DNA of 14,573 bases. It comes from Candidatus Krumholzibacteriia bacterium (GTDB lineage: Bacteria > Krumholzibacteriota > Krumholzibacteriia > LZORAL124-64-63). Positions within the stretch are counted from its first letter, which is position 1, and the number at the start of each line of letters is the position of its first letter. The translations under genes were made by a program, and so were the position numbers. Shown here piece after piece: positions 6,086-14,573 of this stretch. The notes beneath the pieces were generated by a model. That model was not told the origin of the DNA, made no database searches, and saw nothing but the letters and a program-made list of their open reading frames with translations. The DNA lies in contig JAWOID010000105.1 of the NCBI GenBank assembly GCA_046484865.1, forward strand, positions 1 to 14,573, in the 5' to 3' direction.

Positions 6086-7135
6086 TCAGCTCGCCTTCCG
6101 CTCCGCCTTCATCGCGTACGCCTGCTGCACCCCGCGCATCACTCTCCGCAGGGCGCGGCCGCGGTGGCTGATGGCGTGCTTCTCGTCGGCGTTCATCTCG
6201 GCCAGGGTGCGGTCGCTGTCGGTGGGGCGGAACACGGCGTCGTAGCCGAAACCGCCGTGGCCCAGGGGCTGCATGGTGATGTCGCCGAGCAGGCGGCCCT
6301 CGCCCGCGATCTCCAGCCACACCGGCTCGTTCACGCCGCGGCCGAGAGCCTCGGCGGGCATGCCGGAGGGCGCGACGGACACCGGCACCTCGTCCTGGGC
6401 GTCGGGGCCGCCCACGGTCCACAGGCGGGTGTCCGGCAACTGGATGGCGTTCTCGGGGTAGCCGTCGGGCCGGCCTCGTTCCAGGTACGGTGCGAAGAGC
6501 CGCTCGACGACGCCGAGGACCCGGTCGCGGTCCGCGCCGTGCGACTGCATGTACGTGCCCAGCAGCGCGTGGTAGTCGCGCCACAGCGTGCGGTGATCGC
6601 CGTAGCCCGACCAGAAGCCCTCCTCGCGATCCGGATCGGCCACCTGGATGGCGCGGGCGAAGGGGTTAGCGAGCCAGCGGTGAAGCGCCGGCCGCAGGAT
6701 GTCGTGGTCGCTGGCGCGATTGTGCTGGGGCCGGGGGTCCACCCACACCACCGTGCACTCGAAGCGCGCGTCGCGGAAGTCCCTGGGGACGTTCTCCAGC
6801 AGCTCGAGCAGGAGTTCCACGTTGTCCGCGTAGGTGGCGTCGGGACCGGCGAAGCGCGCGGCGAAGATGTCCGGCAGGCCGTTGATGGCGCGCACCTGCA
6901 GGGTGGTGTCGTCGGCCACGGCGATCTCGCCGGTGTACGCGGCGGTGGCGATGGCCTTGCGGCTGGCGTTGCCCAGCGGCGTGGTGCCGTCCTCGATGAC
7001 CTCGGGCAGGTCCGGGTAGTCGAGCGAAGACCGCACCTCGAAGGGCAGTTCCAGGGCGAGGGTGATCTCGCGCAGCTCGCGGATCTTGTCCTCGTTACGG
7101 CTCGCCAGGACGATCTTGCGCAGTTCCTTCGGCAT
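6086..7135 (-). CDS. rdgB: RdgB/HAM1 family non-canonical purine NTP pyrophosphatase with large internal insertion, 349 aa
   Basis: VLASRNEDKIRE, EDGTT..GNA..KA, ADDT, ARFAG, GFGYD, EK.AISHRGRAL motifs; GGGAGG RBS; canonical position downstream of rph. Confidence 0.9.
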   Translation of the reverse strand: MPKELRKIVLASRNEDKIRELREITLALELPFEVRSSLDYPDLPEVIEDGTTPLGNASRKAIATAAYTGEIAVADDTTLQVRAINGLPDIFAARFAGPDATYADNVELLLELLENVPRDFRDARFECTVVWVDPRPQHNRASDHDILRPALHRWLANPFARAIQVADPDREEGFWSGYGDHRTLWRDYHALLGTYMQSHGADRDRVLGVVERLFAPYLERGRPDGYPENAIQLPDTRLWTVGGPDAQDEVPVSVAPSGMPAEALGRGVNEPVWLEIAGEGRLLGDITMQPLGHGGFGYDAVFRPTDSDRTLAEMNADEKHAISHRGRALRRVMRGVQQAYAMKAERKAS

Positions 7136-7273
7136 GGTCCCTCCCGCAGCCGGCCTGCAGCCGGCACGTGGCCTCGATCACCCGTCCATCGGTCGGTCGT
7201 TGGCCGGCGCCTGCCGGTCGCCCGTCTGTCGTTCGCCGGTCGCCCGGTCCGCACCGGGGCGCCGGGCGCACCG

Positions 7274-7992
<719 letters not shown>

Positions 7993-7996
<4 letters not shown>

Positions 7997-8880
7997 GTGG
8001 AGTCCTCTCGCTGCTCGCGCGGCAGGGCGGGCAGGCCCCCGGTGCGCTCCAGGTCGTCCAGGTTCACCGTGATGACGTTCTCGATGGGGCTGCCCAGGAA
8101 CCGGGCGCCCACCTCGGCGAACTTCCAGGGGAAGTCGCTGAGATAGAAGGTGAGCCGGCCCCCGGCGGCGCCTGCGCCGGTGACGGCGCGCTGCAGCCCC
8201 GCGGCCGCCAGGCGCCCGTGCGCGGCCTCGGCGAGAGCCGCGGCCGAGTCGACCAGCGCCACGTCCTCGCCCATGTAACGTCCGATCACCGGCTTCAGCA
8301 CCGGGTAGTGTGTGCAGCCGAGGATGAGGGTGTCAACCCCGGCGTCGCGCAGGGGCGCGAGGTACTCGTGCACCGCCAGCTCGGTCAGCGGGTGCTCGAC
8401 GAGCCCCTCCTCCACCAGCGGCACGAACAGCGGGCATTCCTGCGCCACCACGCGCGTCTCGCCCAGCCGCTGCAGGAGTCCCGCCTGGTAGCGGCCGCTG
8501 CGGATGGTGCCGCTCGTGCCGATCACGCCCACCGCGCCGCCGCGGGTGCGGCGCAGAGCGGTGTCCACGCCCGGGTCGATCACTCCGAGCACCGGCACCG
8601 GACAGACGTCGCCCAGATGGTCGAGGGCGAACGCGCTGGCGGTGTTGCAGGCGACGACGACCATCTTCACGCCCAGGCTCACCAGGAAGCCCGCGTCCTG
8701 GCGCGCGAAGGCGCGCACGGTGGCGGCGCCCTTGGTGCCGTAGGGTACGCGCGCGGTGTCGCCGAAGTAGACGAGATCCTCACCCGGCAGGCGTTCGTGC
8801 AGGGCTCGCAGCACGGTCAGGCCGCCCAGACCGGAGTCGAAGACCCCGATCGGGCGCTGCCGCGGGTCGTCGGTGGCCAC
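7993..8880 (-). CDS. murI: Glutamate racemase
   Basis: [37 protein letters not shown] (both catalytic Cys present); GTGA overlap with rph. Confidence 0.97.
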
Positions 8881-9558
8881 CTACAGCCACCTCCGCGGGT
8901 CGAAGGGACGCTCCAGCCCCATGTGGCCGGCCAGGGTCTCCACCTGCGAGCCCTCCACCAGGATCCAGCAGCTCTCGGCCTCGGGGAAGTTCAGGGCGAT
9001 CGTCCGCAGGATGGCGGTGAGCGTGGCCATCTCGCCGGCGCTGCCGCCGGGGTGGCGCGTCACCAGTTCCTCGCTGAAGTCGAGGATGCAGCTGTGCTTC
9101 TCGGGGTCGAAGAACGCCGCCAGCGGCCGCGTGCCCGGAGGCAGGGGCGCGGTGGCGCCGCTGACGCTGGGCCCCTCGGCCAGCTCGTTCATGACCGTCA
9201 GCATGTCCTCTTCCAGGCGCGAACGGCTGGCGATCTGCCGCGTCTCGGTCACGTAGCCGGTGGCGTCCCACTCGGGAAAGACGAGCACCACCGACCGGTC
9301 GCCGGCCACCGGCGCCTCGGTCGCGCTCTCGGTGGCCGTGGGGATGGACGTCGAGTCCGGACCGCGGGACCGCCCGACCAGCCAGGATACACCGGCCAGG
9401 ACGGCCAGCACGAGCACGATGGCCACCATCCAGCCGGCCAGTCGCGGTCCACCGCCGCCGCGGTCGTCGCCGCCGCGCCGGCCGCCGCCGCGACGATTGC
9501 CGCCGTCCGCCGCCGAGCGGGTGGAAGGTCTGCGACGCTTGCCGCCCGTCTCGTTCAC
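8881..9558 (-). CDS. GerMN domain-containing membrane protein
   Basis: Single TM helix, then ELAEGP...PLPPGT...LDFSEEL...GGSAGE...LVEG...TLAGH; typical location between amidase and murI; GTG at 9558 overlaps the amidase stop and follows GGAGG (alternative start 9570). Confidence 0.88.
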   Translation of the reverse strand: MNETGGKRRRPSTRSAADGGNRRGGGRRGGDDRGGGGPRLAGWMVAIVLVLAVLAGVSWLVGRSRGPDSTSIPTATESATEAPVAGDRSVVLVFPEWDATGYVTETRQIASRSRLEEDMLTVMNELAEGPSVSGATAPLPPGTRPLAAFFDPEKHSCILDFSEELVTRHPGGSAGEMATLTAILRTIALNFPEAESCWILVEGSQVETLAGHMGLERPFDPRRWL

Positions 9559-11438
9559 CGCGACCTCCACTCGCCGTCGCCACCGCCGTCGTTACCGGCA
9601 CCACCGTCGCCGTCGCCGCCCCCGGCGCCGCGCGCCGGACCGGCACCCGTGCCGCCGGGCCCATCGCCGTGCGCCAGGCGGTCCCGGAAGTCGATGATCG
9701 CATCGCCCAGCGCCTGCGCCAGCCGCTCCTGATGGCGGCTCGAGTTCAGCCGCCGCTCTTCCTCGGGGTGGCTGAGGAACCCCAGCTCCACCAGCACCGC
9801 CGGCATGTACGCGCCGACCAGCACGCGGAATCCCGCCTGCCGCACGCCGCGATCGGGCATCCCCACGTCCCGGCTCACCCCGCGCTGCACGACCTCTGCC
9901 AGATCGCTGCTGCTGGCGATGAAGCGGTTCTGGACCAGCTCCCAGACGATGAAGTCCACGTCCTCGGTCTCGGCGGCCCGGGCGGCGGCCGGACCCACCG
10001 TGCCGCCGCCGCCGGCCTGGTTCTCCGCCGCCTCCACGCTGCGCGACCACTCCGACTTGGCCGGCGACAGGAAGTAGGTCTCGAGACCGTGGGCGCCGGA
10101 GTTGATCCAGCTGTTGCAGTGCAGGCTGATGAACAGGTCGCCGCCCGCGGTGTTGGCGATCTCCGCACGTTCGTCGAGGCCGAGTTGCCGGTCGTCGTCG
10201 CGGGTGAGCACCACGCTCAGGCCGCGCCGCTGCAGGTAGGTCCGCAGGTGCCGGGCCACGCCCAGGTTCACGTCCTTCTCCAGGACGCCGCCGGGCCCGT
10301 GCGCGCCCACGTCGCCGCCGCCATGGCCAGGGTCCACCACCACGCGCCGGATCTCCAGCGCGCGGCTCACCTCCACCGGCGCGGCTGCCACCGACATGCG
10401 GGCGCGGCCGCGGGGCACCGGGTCGGGCAGGGCCGACACCTGCTCCTCCTCCAGCACCACCACGATCTCGCGGCCGTCGTCGCGGGTGTAGGTGCGATAG
10501 CGGCCCACCAGGTCGTCCATGGTGACCACCACCAGCGCGTGGTCCTTCCCCTGCCGGCTGGTCACCGCCCGCGCCAGACCGCGCGGCCGGCCCAGCGAGA
10601 CGGCGGCCGGGTCGATCTCGGCGCCCTGGATCCGCAGCACCAGGTGCTCGCCGTCGGCGCTCACCCGGAAGGCCAGCGGCTCGGTGGCGCGCAGATGCAG
10701 AGCCGTGGCGCGGGTCAGCTCCTCCACCTGGAGCGACCTCAGGTTGTAACTCGCGCTCCCGAGGGCGAGTTGCCGCTCCTCGGGATCCCAGCGGACGGTC
10801 TGCCGGGTGCGCGGCGCCAAAACGTCGACGATGAAGGTCATGGGCAGCCACAGGTCGCCGTCGGCGGCGAGCACCGGCACCGGCAGCAGGATCTCCTGCC
10901 CGCCGGCCACGACCAGCCGGCTGCCCGCGCTCACGCTGAACGACTGGCCGCGGGTCTCGATCGTCAGCCGCTGCAGGGGCGCTTGCCACAGCCGCGCCGC
11001 CTGGAAGAGGCCCGCCACCGCGGCCGAGCGCAGGTACATCTCCTGGGACCCGAGCAGGAGCGGACGGCCCGAGGTGCGACGCGTCTCGCCGGTGCTGCGC
11101 AACTCCACGCCGATCACCGCCGTCGCGGCATTCTCGTCCACCCGCTCGAAGCCGAGCGGATCGAGGTAGGGATCGTCCATGGCGGCGCGTTCGCCGGCGT
11201 CCGTCTGGGCGCGCGCGCAGCCCGGATCGCCCCACGACGCCATCGCCAGCGCCAGGGTCAGCACGATCAGCCCCGGCCACGGCAGCCGCGGCAAGGGCGG
11301 TGCCGACCGCAAGGGCGGTGCCGACCGCAAGGGCGGTGCCGACCGCAAGGGCGGTGCCGACCGCAAGGGCGGTGCCGACCGCAAGGGCCGCATAGGCGGC
11401 GCCGATCGCGGCGGCCTGTGGTTCACGGCTCGCTTCAC
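9555..11438 (-). CDS. N-acetylmuramoyl-L-alanine amidase (Amidase_3, AmiC-like)
   Basis: VVDPGHGG, EKDVNL, LTRDDD, FISLHCN, GLETY, AVLVELGFL; N-terminal hydrophobic segment; GTG start overlaps the smpB stop (GTGA). Confidence 0.92.
   Translation of the reverse strand: MKRAVNHRPPRSAPPMRPLRSAPPLRSAPPLRSAPPLRSAPPLRSAPPLPRLPWPGLIVLTLALAMASWGDPGCARAQTDAGERAAMDDPYLDPLGFERVDENAATAVIGVELRSTGETRRTSGRPLLLGSQEMYLRSAAVAGLFQAARLWQAPLQRLTIETRGQSFSVSAGSRLVVAGGQEILLPVPVLAADGDLWLPMTFIVDVLAPRTRQTVRWDPEERQLALGSASYNLRSLQVEELTRATALHLRATEPLAFRVSADGEHLVLRIQGAEIDPAAVSLGRPRGLARAVTSRQGKDHALVVVTMDDLVGRYRTYTRDDGREIVVVLEEEQVSALPDPVPRGRARMSVAAAPVEVSRALEIRRVVVDPGHGGGDVGAHGPGGVLEKDVNLGVARHLRTYLQRRGLSVVLTRDDDRQLGLDERAEIANTAGGDLFISLHCNSWINSGAHGLETYFLSPAKSEWSRSVEAAENQAGGGGTVGPAAARAAETEDVDFIVWELVQNRFIASSSDLAEVVQRGVSRDVGMPDRGVRQAGFRVLVGAYMPAVLVELGFLSHPEEERRLNSSRHQERLAQALGDAIIDFRDRLAHGDGPGGTGAGPARGAGGGDGDGGAGNDGGGDGEWRSR
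11291..11380. repeat. 18-bp VNTR x5 perfect copies, in frame (LRSAPP)n in the amidase N-terminus
   Basis: GCAAGGGCGGTGCCGACC at 11291, 11309, 11327, 11345, 11363; partial and degenerate copies to ~11407. Confidence 0.95.
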
Positions 11439-11917
11439 GACGATTTCTCCCGGCGCCCGATCTCCTGGGCGATACGGCGCTCGACGTCGCGCTTGGCCTT
11501 CGAGTCGCGCTTGTCGTGCAGCTTCTTGCCACGTCCGAGGCCGATCTGGACCTTGGCGCGGCCGTGCTTGAAGTAGACCTGCAGCGGGATCAGCGTGAGG
11601 CCCCGCTCCTCGAGCTTGGGCAGGAGCTTGCGGATCTCGCGCCGGTTCAGCAGCAGCTTGCGACGGCGGAACGGGTCGTGGTTCTCGCGGTTGGCCTGCT
11701 CGTAGGGACCGATGTGCATCTTGACGACCCAGGCCTCGCCGCCCTTGATCTCGGCGTAGGCGTCGCCCAGGTTCAGCCGCCCCTCGCGGAGCGCCTTCAC
11801 CTCGGTCCCCTGCAGCACGAGACCGGCTTCGAGGCGATCGAGGATCTCGTACTCGTGGGTGGCGCGGCGGTTCTTCGCCACGATCTTGATGCCGGCATCG
11901 TCCTGCTTCCCTGCCAT
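11435..11917 (-). CDS. smpB: SsrA-binding protein SmpB, 160 aa
   Basis: NRRATHEY...EAGLVLQGTEVKALR...RRRKLLL...GKKLHDKR; ATG at 11917 after GGGAG. Confidence 0.97.
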   Translation of the reverse strand: MAGKQDDAGIKIVAKNRRATHEYEILDRLEAGLVLQGTEVKALREGRLNLGDAYAEIKGGEAWVVKMHIGPYEQANRENHDPFRRRKLLLNRREIRKLLPKLEERGLTLIPLQVYFKHGRAKVQIGLGRGKKLHDKRDSKAKRDVERRIAQEIGRREKSS

Positions 11918-12008
11918 GGACACTCCCGCAGACCGCCCCATCCGGGCTCCTGGACGCCCGCCCGGGGCATCCGGCGGACCGACCGCCCGGGCCGGCGAAG
12001 GCAGGCAG

Positions 12009-12037
12009 AACCTAGCACCCGGGCCGGCGGATAACAA
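12009..12037 (-). promoter_or_regulatory. Putative sigma70 promoter of the smpB operon
   Basis: TTGTTA-N17-TAGGTT with extended -10 TG on the minus strand. Confidence 0.5.
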
Positions 12038-12150
12038 GCCGGGCCGACCGCGGTTCCCCGCGGCGCCGGCCGTCCCCGCGCCCATCAGCAAGATCGCTTC
12101 CCGAACTGCCCCGGACAGCTCGTCCCGCCCGGATTTTCCCCCTGCCGGCG

Positions 12151-12179
12151 TTGACAAGCACCCAGGCGCGTTATACCTT
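12151..12179 (+). promoter_or_regulatory. sigma70-type promoter of tRNA-Leu
   Basis: TTGACA-N17-TACCTT followed by a GC-rich stretch. Confidence 0.65.
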
Positions 12180-12258
12180 CCTCGCCCGTCCCGCTGGTTA
12201 ACTGCTCCCTCCCCCCGCGGGAGCCTCTGACTGACGGGATGAGTTCGAAATCTGGTGT

Positions 12259-12345
12259 GCCCAGGTGGCGGAATTGGTAGACGCGCTACGTTCAGGTCGT
12301 AGTGGGTGTATGCCCGTGGGAGTTCGAGTCTCCCCCTGGGCACCA
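12259..12345 (+). tRNA. tRNA-Leu (CAG)
   Basis: GCCCAGGTGGCGGAATTGGTAGACGCGCTACGTTCAGGTCGTAGTGGGTGTATGCCCGTGGGAGTTCGAGTCTCCCCCTGGGCACCA; long variable arm, anticodon CAG. Confidence 0.97.
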
Positions 12346-12854
12346 GATCTCCCGGACGCTCTCTCCCCCATCAGCTCGACTGACCGCCTGACCGTCCGAT
12401 CGCCCGATCACCCGGCGCGTCGCCCGGCCGCGCCGGTCGGTTCCTGACCAGGCGCGGCTGCGTCCCTGCCTGCGCCTCCGGTCCGGCTCCGGTCGCCGGC
12501 GCGCGAGACGTATCCGCCGCCCGGGGCGTCGCGACCGACGGAGCCCGCGGCCGGCGGCCCGGCAGCGCTCCGGCGCCGGGCATGCTTCGTGCGTGACGGT
12601 CGCAAGCGTCGTCCTGCGCAACCCCTGCAGCCGGGCCTTGCGCGGACGGCCATCCGGTCCGTCCTTCAGTGCCGGCCAGGACGGCCGATGCAGAAGGTGC
12701 AGCAGGTTCCATGCGGCGCCCGGCCTCCGGCCGGCACGGTCGACGTCGGCCGGTCGCCCGCCCCTGGCCGAGCGTCGATGACCACAGCACGAACGCAGCG
12801 GTCATCCCGCCCCCGGATCCGCGCTCCCCGGTCAGCTCCGGTCGAGAGGTCAAC

Positions 12855-14219
12855 ATGCGCTGGATCGACATCGTGCTCCCCGCTCCCGGCTCCTGTCAGT
12901 CGTTCGACACCCTCGTCTGCGAGGCTCGCGAGCGGCTGCGGTCGATGGCGGCCCTCCAGCAGCGCGAGGGACTGGACAGCCCGCGACTGCCGCCGGCCAT
13001 GGCCGACGTGGGCAGGCTGCTCTTCCGGGCGGTGCAAGCCAGCGATCCGCAGGCGTTCCGTCCGCGCCCCGCCCGCAGCGGCGCCGAGGTTCCGCCCACC
13101 GGTCTCGTGGAGGCCGACGGGCTGCTCGGCTATCACTTCGTCGGCGAACGCAGCCAGGTGGGACTGCCCTGGACCTGGCTGCACAGCGGCGTGGGGTTCG
13201 TGCTCGAGATCCATCCGCTCAGCGCCGGTCTGCGCAGCAGCCGCGTGCCCGAGGCCACGCTCCCGCGCGCCTGGATGCGGCGCTACAGCGATGCGCTCTT
13301 CGCCCGCTGGGGCGGCATCTCGCCCGGCAGTCGCTGTGGCGGACGCGAGGGTGCCCGACCGGAGATCCTCTTCGTGCCCGGCCACGGCGACGCCGAGATC
13401 CGGCGCCTGATCTTCCGCGAGGCCGACGGCATCCGCGACGCCCTGCGCGCGCCGGGACTCCCCCTGGCGGACCTTCTGGTTCCCCGCAGCGCCGTGACCC
13501 CGCAACAGCTCGCCGCCCTCTGCCTGGGCTTCCAGGCCATCCACTACGCTGGTCCCACCAGCGCGGCACCCGAGAACGGCGTCAGCGACATCGCGTGGCT
13601 GTCGGAACTGGAGGCCGCGGCCGGCTCCGTCGACGACGCCGCGGTGGAAGACGCGGTGGGGCTGGAGCCGGACCTGATCGGCGTCGATCAGGTGGATGCG
13701 ATCCTGGACCTCGTGAACGAGCGCTACGAGACGTCGTCCTGCGAGCCGATGACCGCGGCTGCGTCCGGCGTGGACGGGAATGGAGCCGAAGACCATCACC
13801 CGGGCGCGCGAGCGCGGCGGCGGGGCCGCCGGCGTTCCCTGGATCGACCCTCGCCGCGACGCGACCTCGGCGCCGCCTGGCTACTGGACGACGGGCCGGT
13901 GGAACCGGAAAGCCTCGGCCGCCTGGGCAGCGTGCCGCCGCTGATCTTCTCCAACAGCTTCTGCAGCCTGCCGCACCTGGCCCACCGCTTCCTGGCGACC
14001 GGCGCGAGCACCTTCGTGGGACCTCACCTGCCGCTCTACAGCCGCCCCGCCCGGCTGATCACCCGCCGCTTCTACAGCTTCCTCTCCGACGGCTTCTGCG
14101 CCGGCGGCGCCCTGCGAGCCGCCGCCCTGGCCACCCGCGAGGAACTCGGCCCCGAGCATCCCGCCTGGCTCTCCTACGGCGTGACCGGCTACGGCGCTCT
14201 GGCCCTGCAGTTCCTGTAG
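12855..14219 (+). CDS. CHAT (caspase HetF-associated)-like domain protein, catalytic residues apparently altered, ~454 aa
   Basis: ATG after GAGGT; CHAT-like motifs in correct order: LPWTWLH, AIHYAG, LIFSNS, LAHRFLATGASTFVG, FYSFL..G...GGALRAA, PAWLSYGVTG. Confidence 0.7.
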   Translation: MRWIDIVLPAPGSCQSFDTLVCEARERLRSMAALQQREGLDSPRLPPAMADVGRLLFRAVQASDPQAFRPRPARSGAEVPPTGLVEADGLLGYHFVGERSQVGLPWTWLHSGVGFVLEIHPLSAGLRSSRVPEATLPRAWMRRYSDALFARWGGISPGSRCGGREGARPEILFVPGHGDAEIRRLIFREADGIRDALRAPGLPLADLLVPRSAVTPQQLAALCLGFQAIHYAGPTSAAPENGVSDIAWLSELEAAAGSVDDAAVEDAVGLEPDLIGVDQVDAILDLVNERYETSSCEPMTAAASGVDGNGAEDHHPGARARRRGRRRSLDRPSPRRDLGAAWLLDDGPVEPESLGRLGSVPPLIFSNSFCSLPHLAHRFLATGASTFVGPHLPLYSRPARLITRRFYSFLSDGFCAGGALRAAALATREELGPEHPAWLSYGVTGYGALALQFL

Positions 14220-14334
14220 ACGCTCGGCCAGCTGCTGGGCCGCGAACGCCCCGGGTCCGAAGAAGGCCTGACTGGCCGTTCCATATCATTTGCTATTAGG
14301 CCATATGTCCGGTGATCAGTAATTGGCCATCTGC

Positions 14335-14573
14335 TCACGGGGCCTCTGAGCCCCTCCGAGCGCCTGTTTCTGGGCTTCCTGGAGCTGGGTCCAATGGACC
14401 GACCTCCTGGGAGCCTCTGTGAGCAATCTTCTCACACTCCCCCTTACCTGGGGTACCCCTCTTTTCGAGGGAGTCGACCATCGGCGGCAGGGTCTCGGGG
14501 GGTGCGACCTGCGTCATCTTCTTGCGACGACCGGCCAGCCATCGACGTTGTTCGTCGTTCACCAAGCCTGGAT
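14335..14573 (-). CDS. Possible C-terminal fragment of a hypothetical protein running off the window edge
   Basis: Frame is open to the window end; no recognisable motif; visibly lower GC than neighbouring genes. Confidence 0.3.
   Translation of the reverse strand, partial: PGLVNDEQRRWLAGRRKKMTQVAPPETLPPMVDSLEKRGTPGKGECEKIAHRGSQEVGPLDPAPGSPETGARRGSEAP

Noticed and set aside
6320..6733. Intein in rdgB
   Set aside because: No N-terminal Cys/Ser block, no His-Asn followed by Cys/Ser/Thr at the C-terminal junction, no homing endonuclease motif.
12366..12425. 8-bp periodic degenerate repeats after tRNA-Leu (TGACCGCC/CGATCGCC), similar to 7170-7250
   Set aside because: Appear to be generic low-complexity intergenic repeats of this genome with no specific structure.
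11918..12854. tmRNA (ssrA) near smpB
   Set aside because: No tRNA-Ala-like GGGG...TCCACCA ends found; the only RNA gene here is tRNA-Leu.
14279..14306. dif/Xer site or sigma54 promoter in the AT-rich patch
   Set aside because: Only 7/11 match to the E. coli XerD arm with a poor XerC arm; GG-to-GC spacing does not fit -24/-12.

Overview
GC-rich bacterial chromosomal window. A secreted protein with a PNPFNP/FlgD-Ig C-terminus suggests an FCB-group candidate lineage (inference only). The right half is a minus-strand housekeeping cluster, smpB - N-acetylmuramoyl-L-alanine amidase - GerMN - murI - rph - rdgB - tRNA-Pro(TGG), divergent from tRNA-Leu(CAG). It is followed by a CHAT-like protein with a degenerate catalytic dyad. 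About 3.3 kb of accessory-looking DNA separates tRNA-Pro from tRNA-Arg(TCT)/tRNA-His. It holds a small lipoprotein, a tripartite hipBST-type toxin-antitoxin locus preceded by three evenly spaced 18-bp palindromic operators, and a polysaccharide deacetylase. Most notable oddities: (i) five copies of a 16-bp palindrome GTGTACCCGGGTACAC outside conserved coding sequence, plus one parS-like palindrome; (ii) an RdgB with a ~140-aa internal insertion; (iii) the operator array and a Trp-less HipS; (iv) a probable CHAT pseudo-protease; (v) all four tRNA leaders are complementary to their own NCCA ends.
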